DNA of 64,000 nt from Eledone cirrhosa. Its lineage: Eukaryota. The translations under genes and the position numbers were made by a program. Position 1 is the first letter of the stretch. Every line of letters starts with the position of its first letter. The stretch spans positions 184,884,001 to 184,948,000 of the forward strand of contig OZ024740.1 in NCBI GenBank assembly GCA_964016885.1, read 5' to 3'. The notes beneath the pieces were generated by a model. The model saw only the letters and a program-made list of their open reading frames with translations. It did not search any database and had not been told where the DNA came from. Shown here piece by piece: positions 43,440 through 57,990 of the stretch.

Positions 43440-43481
43440 TTTTAATATAGATGAGATTCTACAGGACTAGAACTGTTTCAT
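43440..43481 (-). repeat. Partial copy of the 41514 hammerhead repeat (lacks CUGAUGA)
   Basis: Reverse complement of 41535-41573. Confidence 0.85.
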
Positions 43482-43879
43482 ATATCATATATATATATAT
43501 ATATATATATCATATATATATATATATATATATATATCATATATATATATCATATATATATTATATATATATATATATCATATATATTATATATATATAT
43601 ATATCATATATATATATATATATATATATATCATATATATATATATATATATATATATCATATATATATATATATATATATATATCATATATATATATAT
43701 ATATATATATATCATATATATATATATATATATATATATCATATATATATATATATATATATATATCATATATATATATCATATATATATCATATATATA
43801 TATATATATATCATATATATCATATATATATCATATATATATATATATATATATATATCATATATATATATATATATAT

Positions 43880-43922
<43 letters not shown>

Positions 43923-43949
43923 TATATATATATATATATATATCATATA

Positions 43950-44230
43950 TGGGATCCCAAAAGTCAGCTCAAAAGTGACACAGAGGAAACTGAGGTTGGC
44001 TGGACATGCTCACCGACATCCAGAGTTGACATTGCACTCAGTTCTCCTTTGGGAGCCCCTATATGGACACATTGAAGAGGAAGATCAAGGTTAACATATG
44101 TTGATGCCCTCAGGACAGACACTGGTCTGTTGGAGATGCAGGATATGGCAACGATAATGAGGGACAGAGACCGCTGGAGAGAACTCGTCCATGGATCTCG
44201 GTAATTTTACCCGCCTTAGATAGATAGATA
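43950..44230 (+). mobile_element. 3' end of RTE-like LINE family C with (TAGA)n tail
   Basis: GIPKVSSKVTQRKLRLAGHAHRHPE..LLWEP.. frameshift ..RGRSRLTYVDALRTDTG..RDRDRWR. Confidence 0.8.
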
Positions 44231-44272
44231 TCATATATATATATATATATATCACATATATATATATATATA

Positions 44273-44592
44273 TCTATAGAAATAGTGGACAGCAGTGGGG
44301 GAGGGTGCTCTGAAAGTACAGTAGCTAGTGTCAGAACTGGATGGAAAAAGTTCAGAGAGCTTATACCACTATTAGCCGCTAAAGGGTTCTCACTAAAAAT
44401 GAAAGGCAGGTTGTATGATGCCTGCATACGAACAGCAATGTTGCATGGCAGTGAGACCTGGGCATTGTGTGCAGAGGATATACACAGACTAGAGAGAAAC
44501 AAAGCTTGCATGCTCCGCTGGATGTGTAATAGTAATATACGTGAACGGCAAAGCATAAACGAACTAAGGAAAAAATTAGAAATAAGAGGGAT
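44273..44592 (+). mobile_element. Internal RTE family B fragment fused to family A
   Basis: Reverse complement of ~12084-12430 with a 27-bp deletion. Confidence 0.92.
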
Positions 44593-47353
44593 GCTAGCAG
44601 GAGACTTCAATGGTCATGTTGGACAGCTCCAGGATGGTTACACTGGGGTACATGGTGGGCATGGTTACGGTTCAAGAAATGAAGAAGGAGTGAGACTTCT
44701 TGAATTTTGTGATGCAAGTACATTGACTATTTGCAACACAAACTTCCAGAAACCTGCCAATCACCTAATAACCTACAAATCTGGTGAGCACATAAGCCAG
44801 ATTGACTTCCTGCTAGTTAGGCAGCGGGACAGGCAGATAGTGTCTAATACCAAGGCATACCCTGGGGAAGAATGTACCCCACAGCATAGGTTAGTTGTTA
44901 GTGATATCTCAGTAAGCAAGAGATGGAATGAGCCATATAGGAAGGTGTGGAGAAGAAAGGTCTGGAAGCTAAAAGACCTTTCACTAAAATTCAAATTTAG
45001 GAAAGCCCATCAAGATGTATATGACGAAAAAGAAGACGATTTAGAGACGTATGACATAGATAATAACTGGAAGTTCTTACGTGACAACTTGCTGAAGGCT
45101 ACTGATGAAACTTGTGGCTGGAGCAGAGCCCCAACCAGACAGAGAGTGACCTGGTGGTGGAACAGCAGTGTAGATAAGGCTATTAGAGACAAAAGACTAG
45201 CATGGAAGGCTTGGAATAAGGCTGGGAGTAGGGAAGAATATACAGCCACTAAGAGAGAAGCTAGACGTCAGGTGTACTTAGCACGCAGGGAGGCAGAGAG
45301 TAGGAGGTTTGCCAATGTTCTGCGACGGGAAGATCAGAGGCGTGCGGTGTTCCACATTGCAAGGCAGTGTGTCAATGCAAATCAGGATGTTGTTGGTGAT
45401 AAATGTGTCCGGGATGATGCCGGTGTACTTAGTGTCACGAATGACCAGAAAAAGGAGGCCTGGAAATGCCATTATGAGAGACTGATGAATGTGGAGAACG
45501 AATGGGAGAGAGAGAAATTACCCTTGGTAGATCCGACAGAGGGACCAGCTATTGAGATTGACGAATATAGGGTCCAAGAGGCGATTAGGGAAATGAAAAA
45601 TGGTAAGGCGGCCGGACCATCGGGAATAGTTGCTGAGATGCTGAAGGCATCAGGGGACGTAGGCACTAAACTGGTTGCACGCATAATCAATCAGGCTATA
45701 TATGGTGGTGTCATACCCAAAGACTGGTGCAGCAGTATTCTCATAAATTGCTACAAAGGTAAAGGGGATGCTTTGGAGAGGAGCAATTATAGGGGTATAA
45801 AACTGATAGATCAGGTTATGAAAGTGGCAGAAAGGATTTTAGCACAACTAATTAGAGAAAGGGTCAAACTAGATGAGATGCAGTTTGGTTTTGTGCCTGG
45901 GAAGAGTACAACAGATGCCCTCTTCTTGGTGAGACAAATGCAAGAGAGGTTCTTAGAGAAGAATAAGCCACTATACTTGGCCTTTGTTGACCTAGAGAAG
46001 GCCTTTGATAGGGTACCCCGATCTGTCATCTGGTGGTCCCTAAGGAAGCTGGGTGTTGAGGAATGGCTTGTAAGGACAGTGCAAACTTTGTACAGAGGTA
46101 CTCTCAGTAAAGTCAGGGTAGGAATGGAGTTTAGTGAGGAATTCCAGATACAAGTAGGAGTACATCAGGGTTCGGTCCTCAGCCCGCTCTTGTTCATTAT
46201 AGTCCTCCAAGCCATAACAGAGGAGTTTAAGACTGGCTGTCCATGGGAACTTCTCTATGCTGACGATCTGGCTCTTATGGCAGAATCAGTAGAGGAGCTA
46301 GAGAATAAATTCCGGCTATGGAAACAGCAGTTGGAAGCAAGAGGACTGAGAGTAAATCTAGCTAAGACAAAAGTGTTGATGAGTAGAAAAGAGGACAAAA
46401 CCCTGATTCCGTCAGGGAAATGGCCATGTTCGATATGCAGAAAAGGAACTGGCATAAATTCTATAAAATGCACACAATGTAGGTCCTGGGTACACAAGAG
46501 ATGTAGCGGGATAGCAGGCAAACTAACAGGTAGGGAGAAATATGTATGCAGTAGATGTACAGGGAAATTAGACAGTAGAAGTCGCACTGATAGACACATT
46601 TTTCAAATGCGAGAGGGCGCTATAGAAGTGGTGGATAGCTTCCGGTACCTAGGAGATCAGATTAGCATGGGAGGAGGGTGTTCCGAGGCCATAGTATCTA
46701 GAATAAGGACGGGTTGGAAGAAGTTTAGGGAGCTGCTTCCTCTGTTGACGAAGAAGGGTTTCTCCCTGCGTACGAAAGGCCGGTTGTATGATGCCTGTGT
46801 GAGGAGCGCGATGCTGCATGGTAGTGAGACATGGGCAGCTACCGCAGAAGATATGCGACGGCTGGAGAGAAATGAGGCAAGCATGCTCCGTTGGATGTGC
46901 AGTGTAAATGTGCGTGAACGACCCAGCATAAATGTGTTGAGAGAGAAACTGTGTCTGAGAGGGATAGAATGTAGTGTACGGGAGAGGAGACTGAGGTGGT
47001 ATGGACATGTGATGCGCATGGAGGATGACCGATGGGTGAAGAAGTGCCAGGAAATGCCAGTTGAAGGAAGACGTAGTAGAGGTAGACCACGAAAAACATG
47101 GGCGGAGGTGGTGAGAACAGACCTCAGATCATTGAAGCTCACGGTGGAGATGACGAAGGACCGTGACGAGTGGAGAGATGCTGTGCTGAATAAGACCCGT
47201 CCCACCCTTGCAAGTAAAATGATGATGATGATGATGATGATATATATATTCATATATATATATATATATATTCATATATATATATATATATATTCACATA
47301 TATATATATATTCACATATATATATATATATATATTCACATATATATATATAA
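44285..47353 (+). CDS. Chimeric open frame: family B C-terminal piece plus family A partial EN/RT, running into the tail
   Basis: 1022-codon ORF with GTG start; probably not translated as such. Confidence 0.5.
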   Translation: MDSSGGGCSESTVASVRTGWKKFRELIPLLAAKGFSLKMKGRLYDACIRTAMLHGSETWALCAEDIHRLERNKACMLRWMCNSNIRERQSINELRKKLEIRGMLAGDFNGHVGQLQDGYTGVHGGHGYGSRNEEGVRLLEFCDASTLTICNTNFQKPANHLITYKSGEHISQIDFLLVRQRDRQIVSNTKAYPGEECTPQHRLVVSDISVSKRWNEPYRKVWRRKVWKLKDLSLKFKFRKAHQDVYDEKEDDLETYDIDNNWKFLRDNLLKATDETCGWSRAPTRQRVTWWWNSSVDKAIRDKRLAWKAWNKAGSREEYTATKREARRQVYLARREAESRRFANVLRREDQRRAVFHIARQCVNANQDVVGDKCVRDDAGVLSVTNDQKKEAWKCHYERLMNVENEWEREKLPLVDPTEGPAIEIDEYRVQEAIREMKNGKAAGPSGIVAEMLKASGDVGTKLVARIINQAIYGGVIPKDWCSSILINCYKGKGDALERSNYRGIKLIDQVMKVAERILAQLIRERVKLDEMQFGFVPGKSTTDALFLVRQMQERFLEKNKPLYLAFVDLEKAFDRVPRSVIWWSLRKLGVEEWLVRTVQTLYRGTLSKVRVGMEFSEEFQIQVGVHQGSVLSPLLFIIVLQAITEEFKTGCPWELLYADDLALMAESVEELENKFRLWKQQLEARGLRVNLAKTKVLMSRKEDKTLIPSGKWPCSICRKGTGINSIKCTQCRSWVHKRCSGIAGKLTGREKYVCSRCTGKLDSRSRTDRHIFQMREGAIEVVDSFRYLGDQISMGGGCSEAIVSRIRTGWKKFRELLPLLTKKGFSLRTKGRLYDACVRSAMLHGSETWAATAEDMRRLERNEASMLRWMCSVNVRERPSINVLREKLCLRGIECSVRERRLRWYGHVMRMEDDRWVKKCQEMPVEGRRSRGRPRKTWAEVVRTDLRSLKLTVEMTKDRDEWRDAVLNKTRPTLASKMMMMMMMIYIFIYIYIYIHIYIYIYSHIYIYSHIYIYIYSHIYI
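44591..47240 (+). mobile_element. RTE family A, 5'-truncated within the endonuclease; uninterrupted RT
   Basis: AGDFNGH..NYRGIKL..QFGF..DLEKAFD..QGSVLSP..YADD..LRWYGHV; (TGA)n tail; 16-bp deletion just before the tail. Confidence 0.95.
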
Positions 47354-47684
47354 ATATTCATATATATATATATATATTCACATATTTATATATATATATT
47401 CACATATATATAAATAAATATATATTCATATATATATATATATAAATATTCATATATATATATATATATATTCATATGTATATATATATATATATTCATA
47501 TATATATATATATATTCATATGTATATATATATATTGTTATACTTTGGGAGGGTCATGTTGCCAATAATATATATATATATATTCATATATATATATATA
47601 TATATTCATATATATATATATATATATATATATTCATATATATATATTCATATATATATATATATATATATTCATATATATATA

Positions 47685-47718
<34 letters not shown>

Positions 47719-47786
47719 TATATATATATATATATATATATTCATATATATATGTATATATATATATATATTCATATATATATATT

Positions 47787-47826
<40 letters not shown>

Positions 47827-47954
47827 CATATATATATATATATATATTCATATATATATAGATATATATTCACATATATATATATATATTCATATATATA
47901 TATATATATTCACATATATATATATATATATTCATATATATATAGATATATATA

Positions 47955-47988
<34 letters not shown>

Positions 47989-48046
47989 TATATATATATA
48001 TATATATATATTCATATATATATATTCATATATATATATATATATA

Positions 48047-48122
<76 letters not shown>

Positions 48123-48260
48123 TATATATATATATATTCATATATATATATATATTCATATATATATATATATATATTCATATATATATATATATTCATA
48201 TATATATATATATTCATATATATATATATATTCATATATATATATATATATTCATATATA

Positions 48261-48305
<45 letters not shown>

Positions 48306-48320
48306 ATATATTCATATATA

Positions 48321-48367
<47 letters not shown>

Positions 48368-48375
48368 ATATATTC

Positions 48376-48427
<52 letters not shown>

Positions 48428-48445
48428 ATATATTCATATATATTC

Positions 48446-48481
<36 letters not shown>

Positions 48482-48493
48482 TCATATATATTC

Positions 48494-48527
<34 letters not shown>

Positions 48528-48545
48528 ATATATTCATATATATTC

Positions 48546-48618
<73 letters not shown>

Positions 48619-48654
48619 TATATATTCATATATATATATATATATATATATTTA
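47241..48654. repeat. (TA)n/tattca satellite
   Basis: Direct reading; contains a ~35-bp island at ~47533-47568 matching ~51313-51362. Confidence 0.95.
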
Positions 48655-49894
48655 TCATCATCATCATCATCATCAACGTTTAACGTCCGTGTTCCACACT
48701 TGCATGGCTTTGGACTGGGGTAGTCCCACTTGAGGCAAGAGTGATTGTCTTGCTCGGATAGGACTGTCTGGCAGGTTTTCTACAGTTGGATGCCCTTCCT
48801 AACACCAACCACATTTACAGTGTGGGGCTGGGAGGTTTTTACCGTGTTGCCTACACGGCCACATTACAGCGTGGACTGTGTGTTTTTTTGTCGTGACACC
48901 TACACGATCTCATTTGTTTCGGCCTGGATGGCGCGGCACCAACATAACTTTACATAGAATGGGGTGGTGTGGATGGGGTGGGGGTGGTGGTGGTGGGACG
49001 GGGTGTATTTTGTTAGAGATGCCTACTGGCTGGAGTAGGTTTTACTATATATTTAGGTAAGGCGGGTCTTCTCTGTTACTGAGTACCGCCAAAGGTCTCG
49101 GTCCAGTGACATTGTCTTGGAGAGGTGTAAGTGTGTGATGTCGGAGTTTATCAGCTCGTCCCAGGTTTTTCTAGGTCTGCCTATTCCGTGACTACCGTCT
49201 ATCTTTATTGCCCTGCACTTTGTTATACAGCTATCGACTTTCATGCGCATCACGTGTCCATACCAATGTAGCCTTCTCTCGAGTAAACAACATCTGATCC
49301 CTCTTTTCTCTAATTTTTTCCTTAGTTCGTTTATGCTTTGCCGTTCACGTATATTACTATTACACATCCAGCGGAGCATGCAAGCTTTGTTTCTCTCTAG
49401 TCTGCGTATATCCTCTGCACACAATGCCCAGGTCTCACTGCCATGCAGCATTGCTGTTCGTATGCAGGCATCGTACAACCTGCCTTTCATTTTTAGTGAG
49501 AACCCTTTAGCAGCTAATAGTGGTATAAGCTCTCTGAACTTTTTCCAACCAGTTCTGACTCTAGCTACAGTACTTTCAGAGCACCCTCCCCCACTGCTGA
49601 TTTTATCGCCCAGGTAACGGAAGCTGTCCACTATTTCTATAGAACCCTCTGCGCAATTGAAAGAGCTAGTATTTTGTGGGCACTTGCTGCTACTTATTGC
49701 ACCAGAGCACCGGCCACATGTAAAATCTATGTTCTTAGTTAGCTTACCTGTGATCCCACTACATCTTTTATGCACCCATACTTTGCATTTAGGACATAAA
49801 ATGGAGTTTCTACCTACGCCTTTCCTACACACCGAGCACGACCATTTCCCAGAAGGGACCGCCGCCTTGTTTTCTTTCCTACAAACTAGTACTT
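48655..49894 (-). mobile_element. RTE family B, 5'-truncated
   Basis: Near-identical to 11445-12681. Confidence 0.95.
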
Positions 49895-49979
49895 ATATAT
49901 ATATATATATATTCTAGTACTTATATATATATATATATATTCATATATATTCATATATATATATATATATTCATATATA

Positions 49980-50028
<49 letters not shown>

Positions 50029-50048
50029 ATATATATTCATATATATTC

Positions 50049-50086
<38 letters not shown>

Positions 50087-50091
50087 ATATA

Positions 50092-50144
<53 letters not shown>

Positions 50145-50159
50145 ATATATTCATATATA

Positions 50160-50197
<38 letters not shown>

Positions 50198-50206
50198 TAT
50201 ATATTC

Positions 50207-50244
<38 letters not shown>

Positions 50245-50253
50245 TCATATATA

Positions 50254-50300
<47 letters not shown>

Positions 50301-50318
50301 ATATATTCATATATATTC

Positions 50319-50358
<40 letters not shown>

Positions 50359-50378
50359 ATATATATTCATATATATTC

Positions 50379-50411
<33 letters not shown>

Positions 50412-50453
50412 TATATATATTCATATATATATATATTCATATATATTCATATA

Positions 50454-50486
<33 letters not shown>

Positions 50487-50499
50487 ATATATTCATATA

Positions 50500-50532
<33 letters not shown>

Positions 50533-50540
50533 ATATATTC

Positions 50541-50580
<40 letters not shown>

Positions 50581-50611
50581 ATATATTCATATATATTCAT
50601 ATATATATTTA

Positions 50612-50664
<53 letters not shown>

Positions 50665-50682
50665 ATATATTCATATATATTC

Positions 50683-50720
<38 letters not shown>

Positions 50721-50734
50721 ATTCATATATATTC

Positions 50735-50774
<40 letters not shown>

Positions 50775-50792
50775 ATATATTCATATATATTC

Positions 50793-50828
<36 letters not shown>

Positions 50829-50846
50829 ATATATTCATATATATTC

Positions 50847-50878
<32 letters not shown>

Positions 50879-50927
50879 ATATATTTATATATATTCATAT
50901 ATATATATATTCATATATATTCATATA

Positions 50928-50960
<33 letters not shown>

Positions 50961-50973
50961 ATATATTCATATA

Positions 50974-51006
<33 letters not shown>

Positions 51007-51101
51007 ATATATTCATATATATTCATATATATATTTATATTTATATATATATATATTTATATTTATATATATATATTCATATATATTTATATATATATTT
51101 A

Positions 51102-51151
<50 letters not shown>

Positions 51152-51168
51152 CACACATATATATATAT
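49895..51168. repeat. (TA)n/tattca satellite
   Basis: Direct reading. Confidence 0.95.
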
Positions 51169-51239
51169 ACAAGTGAAGCCATTTTTTCTACCCACCTGTC
51201 TTAATGTACCAAGGATTACACACATTTTCCAATATATCA

Positions 51240-51270
<31 letters not shown>

Positions 51271-51315
51271 TTTTGCGAGGTTTTTTATATGAAATCGTGT
51301 GTCGAAACAGATATT

Positions 51316-51994
51316 GTTATATTTGGGGAGGGTCATATTTGCGTAATATTGCCAGAATTAATAACAGAACACACTCACTGTTTGGTTGGTTTTCGCTTCT
51401 CGCTGTCTTTTATATATATATATCTGCGATCTAACTTACTCGGTCCTCAATGTTGCCATTGACTGACCGGCGGTCAAAAATAATACAGATACAATATAGA
51501 CAAACACATATATATATAGTTTACATAATTTACATAAATCTTTCGTTGCACATCTGCAACATCGTCAGTGGTGTTATATTCATTGTTCCTCCTGTTGTGT
51601 TGTATGTCTACGCCATTTTTTTTGTTCAGTCTGTCTATATATTTATTTATTTATAAATTTATTATAAATAAATATATAGACAGACTGAACAAAAAAAATG
51701 GCGTAGACATACAACACAACAGGAGGAACAATGAATATAACACCACTGACGATGTTGCAGATGTGCAACGAAAGATTTATGTAAATTATGTAAACTATAT
51801 ATATATGTGTTTGTCTATATTGTATCTGTATTATTTTTGACCGCCGGTCAGTCAATGGCAACATTGAGGACCGAGTAAGTTAGATCGCAGATATATATAT
51901 ATAAAAGACAGCGAGAAGCGAAAACCAACCAAACAGTGAGTGTGTTCTGTTATTAATTCTGGCAATATTACGCAAATATGACCCTCCCCAAATA

Positions 51995-51998
<4 letters not shown>
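51316..51998. repeat. Palindrome: 335-bp inverted arms (51316-51650 / 51664-51998), 13-bp spacer
   Basis: Arms read as exact reverse complements wherever checked; mirror ORFs 51450+ and 51864- share their sequence. Confidence 0.97.
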
Positions 51999-52031
<33 letters not shown>

Positions 52032-52062
52032 TCACACATATATATGTATATATTTATATTCC

Positions 52063-52092
<30 letters not shown>

Positions 52093-52094
<2 letters not shown>

Positions 52095-52275
52095 GATGAG
52101 ATTCTACAGGACTAGAACTGTTTCATTCCTTAGAAATCATCAGGAATCCTGATGATTTCTAATGAATGAAACAGTTCTAGTCCTGTAGAATCTCATCTAT
52201 ATTAAAACTTTTATACTCTGCTATGTATTGAGTACCTTACTTACTGCGGTTACCTCCGATTCAACCCGGAATAAC
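52093..52275. ncRNA. Head-to-head inverted pair of hammerhead motifs (52101-52147 minus; 52147-52191 plus)
   Basis: ..tttcattccttagaaatcatcaggaat|cctgatgatttctaatgaatgaaacagttctagtcctgtagaat; the plus copy continues as 41561-41643. Confidence 0.7.
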
Positions 52276-52418
52276 GTATATATATATATATATATATTTA
52301 TATTCCCACACACATATATATATATATATATATGTATATATTTATATTCCCACACATATATATATATATATATTTTTTTTCATACCCATATATATATATA
52401 TATATATATGTATATGTG

Positions 52419-52476
<58 letters not shown>

Positions 52477-52482
<6 letters not shown>

Positions 52483-52507
52483 CACATATACTTTCACATC
52501 TGCTTAT

Positions 52508-52553
<46 letters not shown>

Positions 52554-52578
52554 ATAAGCAGATGTGAAAGTATATGTG

Positions 52579-52585
<7 letters not shown>
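52477..52585. repeat. Perfect hairpin centred on (TA)n
   Basis: ttcacacatatactttcacatctgcttatcca-(TA)n-tggataagcagatgtgaaagtatatgtgtgaa. Confidence 0.95.
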
Positions 52586-52618
<33 letters not shown>

Positions 52619-53849
52619 CACATATACTTTCATATATATATATATTTTTTCACAACCATATATATATATATATATATACACGTGTCTATGTGTGTGTGTA
52701 TGTATATATATATTATCATCATCATCATATACACATGAATAAACAAAAATATTCATCCTTATATTATATCTGCAAGTGTATGTATACATTATATTATTAT
52801 TGTTGTTGATTTTTCTCCTGGAATCAAAAAGCAGCTGTAGATTCATGCCTTTGAACATAGGTTGCATCTGCAAACATATGGAAGAGTAAATTGAAAAATA
52901 AAAATTGTTGACATCTATGAAATTCTTTCAGACCACATAGGCAAAGTTACTCAGAAAACCTGCCAAGCATATATTTACATAATCATGTTATATTCAGTCA
53001 ACTATCTATGGAAAGTTAAAAAAATAAATAATAACAATAACAACAAGACCTGGGTGATGGGGATGTGTTAGAATATATAACACTGAACCCTGTATTAATA
53101 TATAAATATATAAATTCAATTGATTTCTGAGAAAAACCATCAACATGCAAGGACATTTCTCGTAGTAATAGGAGAGATGAATACCAATCAGCCTGTGAGG
53201 ATAATGGTGTAAAAGTTCAATTTGAAAATTAACCAATGTAGTATATAACTATATATATGTATGTTTATACATATATATATATATATGATTTGTATACATA
53301 TATATATATATATATGTTTGTATGTATATATTTGTGTATACATATTTGTATGTATATTAAATATTTAGGTTTGTATATGTATATATATGTATGTATATAA
53401 TCATAATATGTAATATATACATATATATGCAAGTATATATGAAAAATAGTTAATTATGTGTGTGTATATGCATCATCATCATCTCATCATCTTCGTTTAA
53501 CGTCCATATTCCACACACACACAGACATGTATATATATATAGTATAGTGCTGGTGCTACAATAAAATGCACCCAATAGACTCTTCTTCAAAATGGTAGGC
53601 ATTAAGAAAGGCATCCTTTCATCCACTGAACTATATGCCAAAAAGTATGTGTGTGAGTAAAATAATGTCTTTGAATAACTGACTTGTTCCTTAATGACCC
53701 ATTCAAACCATCCCCTCATAGGGAAACAAAAATTAAATTATGATGATAATGTATTATATCTGAATAAAATTATTCTCGTCTTGTTTAATTATATTTTACA
53801 TTTGTCTTAATTAGACTCTTTAAATTTTAAATATTGATGACTTTCATTG

Positions 53850-54182
53850 GTCAGTTCAGGCTTCTGCCTGTTACTTGTACCATGTAATCCTGTACAACCT
53901 GCTTCATGCTAGAGTGGTCGGCAATTACATTGGCATCTCTGGTCTGATGATAAGGTTAATTGGAATCCCAGTAGCATAATAAACAAGAGCTGTTAAAAGG
54001 GCAGATGATCTCCTCAGAATCAAGGCCATGCTCCCTAACACTAGCCTCGCCAAACTGCAATTGGCCTAGTGTTGTGAGTACGGCTACACCCCAGACATGA
54101 ACAAAACCAAACAGAAGGTGGTGGAGGTCAACCAGGGAGAGGTTCCTCCAACAGGAGTGAGAGAGCCCTTGATTGGATTGAT
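53850..54182 (+). mobile_element. Old dispersed repeat homologous to 30095-30432
   Basis: gtacaacctgcttc..gtgagtacggctacacc..ggtggaggtcaaccagg..gattggattga. Confidence 0.6.
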
Positions 54183-54307
54183 GTTATCACACAATATACT
54201 CTGTAACTAATAAATAATTTCCTACTTTTAAAGCACAAATCTATTGGCGTATGTAAATACTTGGATGTTTATACATTTACACATACACACATACACAAGC
54301 ATACACA

Positions 54308-54357
<50 letters not shown>

Positions 54358-57300
54358 TACACATATACAAAATCACGTGTGTGCATGTATGTATGCATGT
54401 CCTAAATGTACAAAATGCCTTGTTTCAGCTTTCTGCACCACTCCATTCTCAGTTGAAATCCTACTGAATCAAACTGTGTTTTATTATTTCATGGTTGATA
54501 AATACAATACCAGTCCAGGGTACTGGAGTAGCAAGATAGTCTGTGATATCTGTTCTGGAACTTTTCTTTCTAGTGGCAATGACAGCAACAACAATTTAGC
54601 TAAAGTTTATCTGCCCATGATTTTCCATGGAAAACATGAGTGGCATTGAGAAGGGGGACATAAGCAATTGTTGGTATTTGATAACTTTATTTTGGAGAGG
54701 AACTTTCCAAATGCAGAACCACTCACTGTTGAAATATGGAGAAATGATGTATATGTATAAATCACAAAAAGCTATGGTAAGATAACATTTAGACATTAAT
54801 GTAATGTTAAATGCTCTCTTATTTATGAGATATTTGGTATCAGCATAATCATCATTATCAATGCTTTGACATGAGTTGGAAAGGTCTTAAAATGTTGTTG
54901 TTTATCCTAGCTTTTGTTTTGCATTGCCCTCTTCTGTATGCTCTGGAGTTCATGATGTACCAGTATACCAAGACCTGACAACTTATTGGTCTTCTTTTTG
55001 CATCAGTTGCAGTTACTGATAATATGGTATAGTCCAGTAAATCCTGATGGAGCCTTAGAGCGTTCATAATGGGATACAGCACATTGGACATTTTTTAAAG
55101 CCTGGTGGAGCCCATCACTCTCCCAACCTGTGTACAGCATATTTCTTCTAGAGAAGGATAGAAAGTGAGAAAGATAGAGAAAAAGTATTGGCCTCAGTGT
55201 TACACTTTTTTTTGTTTGGATGATCTGAACTCAGAGAGCGGAGAGCCATAACAAATAACCCAAAGCATTCTATCTAACGTTCTAATGACTCTGAAACGTC
55301 ATTGCTTTCTATCTACTGATAGCACAGGCCAATCTTTCACCTGGCACTCAGCATTATTCACATGTCTTGTTTCATCTACATACTTTATCTCATATCATTA
55401 AATCCCCACTACACTTAATATGTATGTATGTGTGCACACATGCATGTACACACACATGTACACATATTTCTTTACATATATCAAAAAGTGCATTCTAAAG
55501 CAATAGTCTAATAGTAATCCATAAACTAATGCATTAGTCTGGAGCCAGAGAATCAAATTCTCTAACCATGTGAATCATTTCTCTCACTATTTAACGTATT
55601 AGTGTACACTTTGCTTTCCTTTGGGTTAGTATCTTAATGATACTGGTTGAATTAAAGCATTGAGTGAGTGTGGAAACGATCAAAGGTACATCTGTCATAT
55701 CTGATGAATTCATGACAGTATTATTATATATATATATATATGTGTTTGTGTGTGTGTTTTAGCTAAAATGGGTGGAAAATGCATGTGTTTCACACTTGTA
55801 AAATCTTTTTTCTAACCTCTTTCTTTTCTTACTTCTCTCTATTTGTTTGGTTCTTCTATTTCTCTTTCTATCCTCCAATGAATGACTACCATCCAAAATG
55901 TTAAGACTCTTTGCCTAATATATCAAGCTTTATACTATTATATATCATCATTGTACTGTATTGTTCTCCTGTGCTATTTTTCCTTGTTGACTTTTCACAT
56001 GTATATTCATATATATATATATATAATCTTTTACTGATGTTTATCGGCAATGAATGTAATCATTAGTAATAGAATAGTATAAAAAATAAATCATTGCATT
56101 TTACAATGAAGTCCCTGTGTGAAAATTGTTCTGCCGCAAGTAACAGACACTCCCTTGTCACTCTTACCATAAAAAGAATTTCAGTGAAGTAGTGATCGGG
56201 CTATTGGAAACAATGCTATTATACGCCAACTGCGATATAAAAAAATACATTTGTACGAAAGAATGAACTGTCTTTTCTTACATTCTATTTGTCTTGACAA
56301 TCTCCACTGCATATATCAGATTAAAATACTGTGATACATATATATATGTATATATAATCAGAATGCATTGTATCAAATATGACAGAACCCCTACCTCATC
56401 TACCAATAAAGAAAATGAAGCAAAGAGTAAATATGAAGAAGACTTTTTATGAAGTAGAAATTGTATTGTGAAATATGATAGAGAAACAAAAATGCTTGAA
56501 GCATAACAGAGAATGTTAAAGAAGTAAAGATATGGAGAATGAGAGACAAAACGAGATGGAGAAAAAGTAGAAAAATATATTATTTATATTGTTTAGTAAA
56601 TATGATGATTGATAGATAGGTATATATAGATAGCTAGATATAAATATGAAGAGAGACATAGATATAGGTAGATGGATATAGATATAAGTGGATAGCTATA
56701 GATATAGGTAGATGTGTATATAGATATAAGCAGATACAGAGAGATAGAGAGATATAGATAGACAGATTCTTATGTAAATAGATGGTTTAGTGTTTAGGAA
56801 TTTCATGGGGATATGAAAGTATTATTTTTAACTGCATATCTTAATGAAGAAATCCTTGTCACAAAATTAAAAAACCTGACTTGTGTATGTAAACATGGTT
56901 CGTCTGTGATTTTCAAATTCCTTGGAGAATGTTTGTCAGAATAAGAGGATTTATGGCATTAGTTTGTGAAATATAGGAGATTCACTAGCAGAATACATTA
57001 TAGCATTATACTTGGAAACATAGACATGGCAGAAACATGGGATAGCTGCATGAAGATATTGTGTTGGGATAGTATGTATAGCTATAGTAGTTTGCTTTAC
57101 AGCCACTTGGTTCTGTGTTCAATCCCAGCAGTGAAACTTCTACCATAGCCAAGGATTACCAAAACCATGCAAGTGGAGTTTGGAAGACTAAATCTGTAAG
57201 CTTGATATTAAGTAATGCTCCATGAGTATAATTATGCTGCTATTTTGTAGCATATTGAGTACATACTGAAGGTGTTAAGCTGAGAAGCAATTTCAATTCC

Positions 57301-57424
57301 TACTTAGCAATATTTGTTTACCTTCATGATATATCCATCCTAACAATCTTCTCATAAAATATTTATACTTAGCTTTAATTATATAGTGCATTGTTTGGTT
57401 TTCCAAATTATTTCAATATGTATG

Positions 57425-57990
57425 ACATCATCTTCAGCGCCTTTCAGTTCACTGGTTAAGTTACACTTCAGAAAGAGCTCAGCCACTCTTTGTCTGCTTA
57501 CTCCAGGCACTGTGCTCAGCAGTTAGGTCATGCCATAATCAGAGGTTGAAGCCAAAAGTGTTGAGATCCTCTTTAATGCATTCCTTCCAGTATTTCCGTG
57601 GGCAAACTTCGCTTCTCTTGCCACTTGCTAATTCAGCAACAAGAGTTGCTTTAGAATGCAACTATCTTCCATTCGGGATACATGGTTGAACCCTCTGAGA
57701 TAGTTGTTCCAGATCACTGTTTCGACTGTAGTTGGCTTTGAATGATATAAAACCTTTGTTTTTTTTTACTTTTGTGCCACCATCTTAAGTATCTGGTGAA
57801 AGGAGCATTGATGGAAGGCTTCTAATTTGCATAGATGATGAGCAAGCATGGGTGACGTCTCACTGCTGTACAACAGTGAAAGGAGAACTATGGCATTATA
57901 CACTGTGGGTTTGGTTGCAACTGATAGGTTTTCTCAGTTCAACACTCTGGCATTAAAAGAATGGAAAGCAGCAGCACCACTAAAAGCCAG
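57425..57990 (-). mobile_element. Decayed RTE (BovB-like) 3' region
   Basis: Minus-strand pieces LRGFNHVSRMEDSCILKQLL and SGKRSEVCPRKYWKECIKEDL. Confidence 0.7.
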
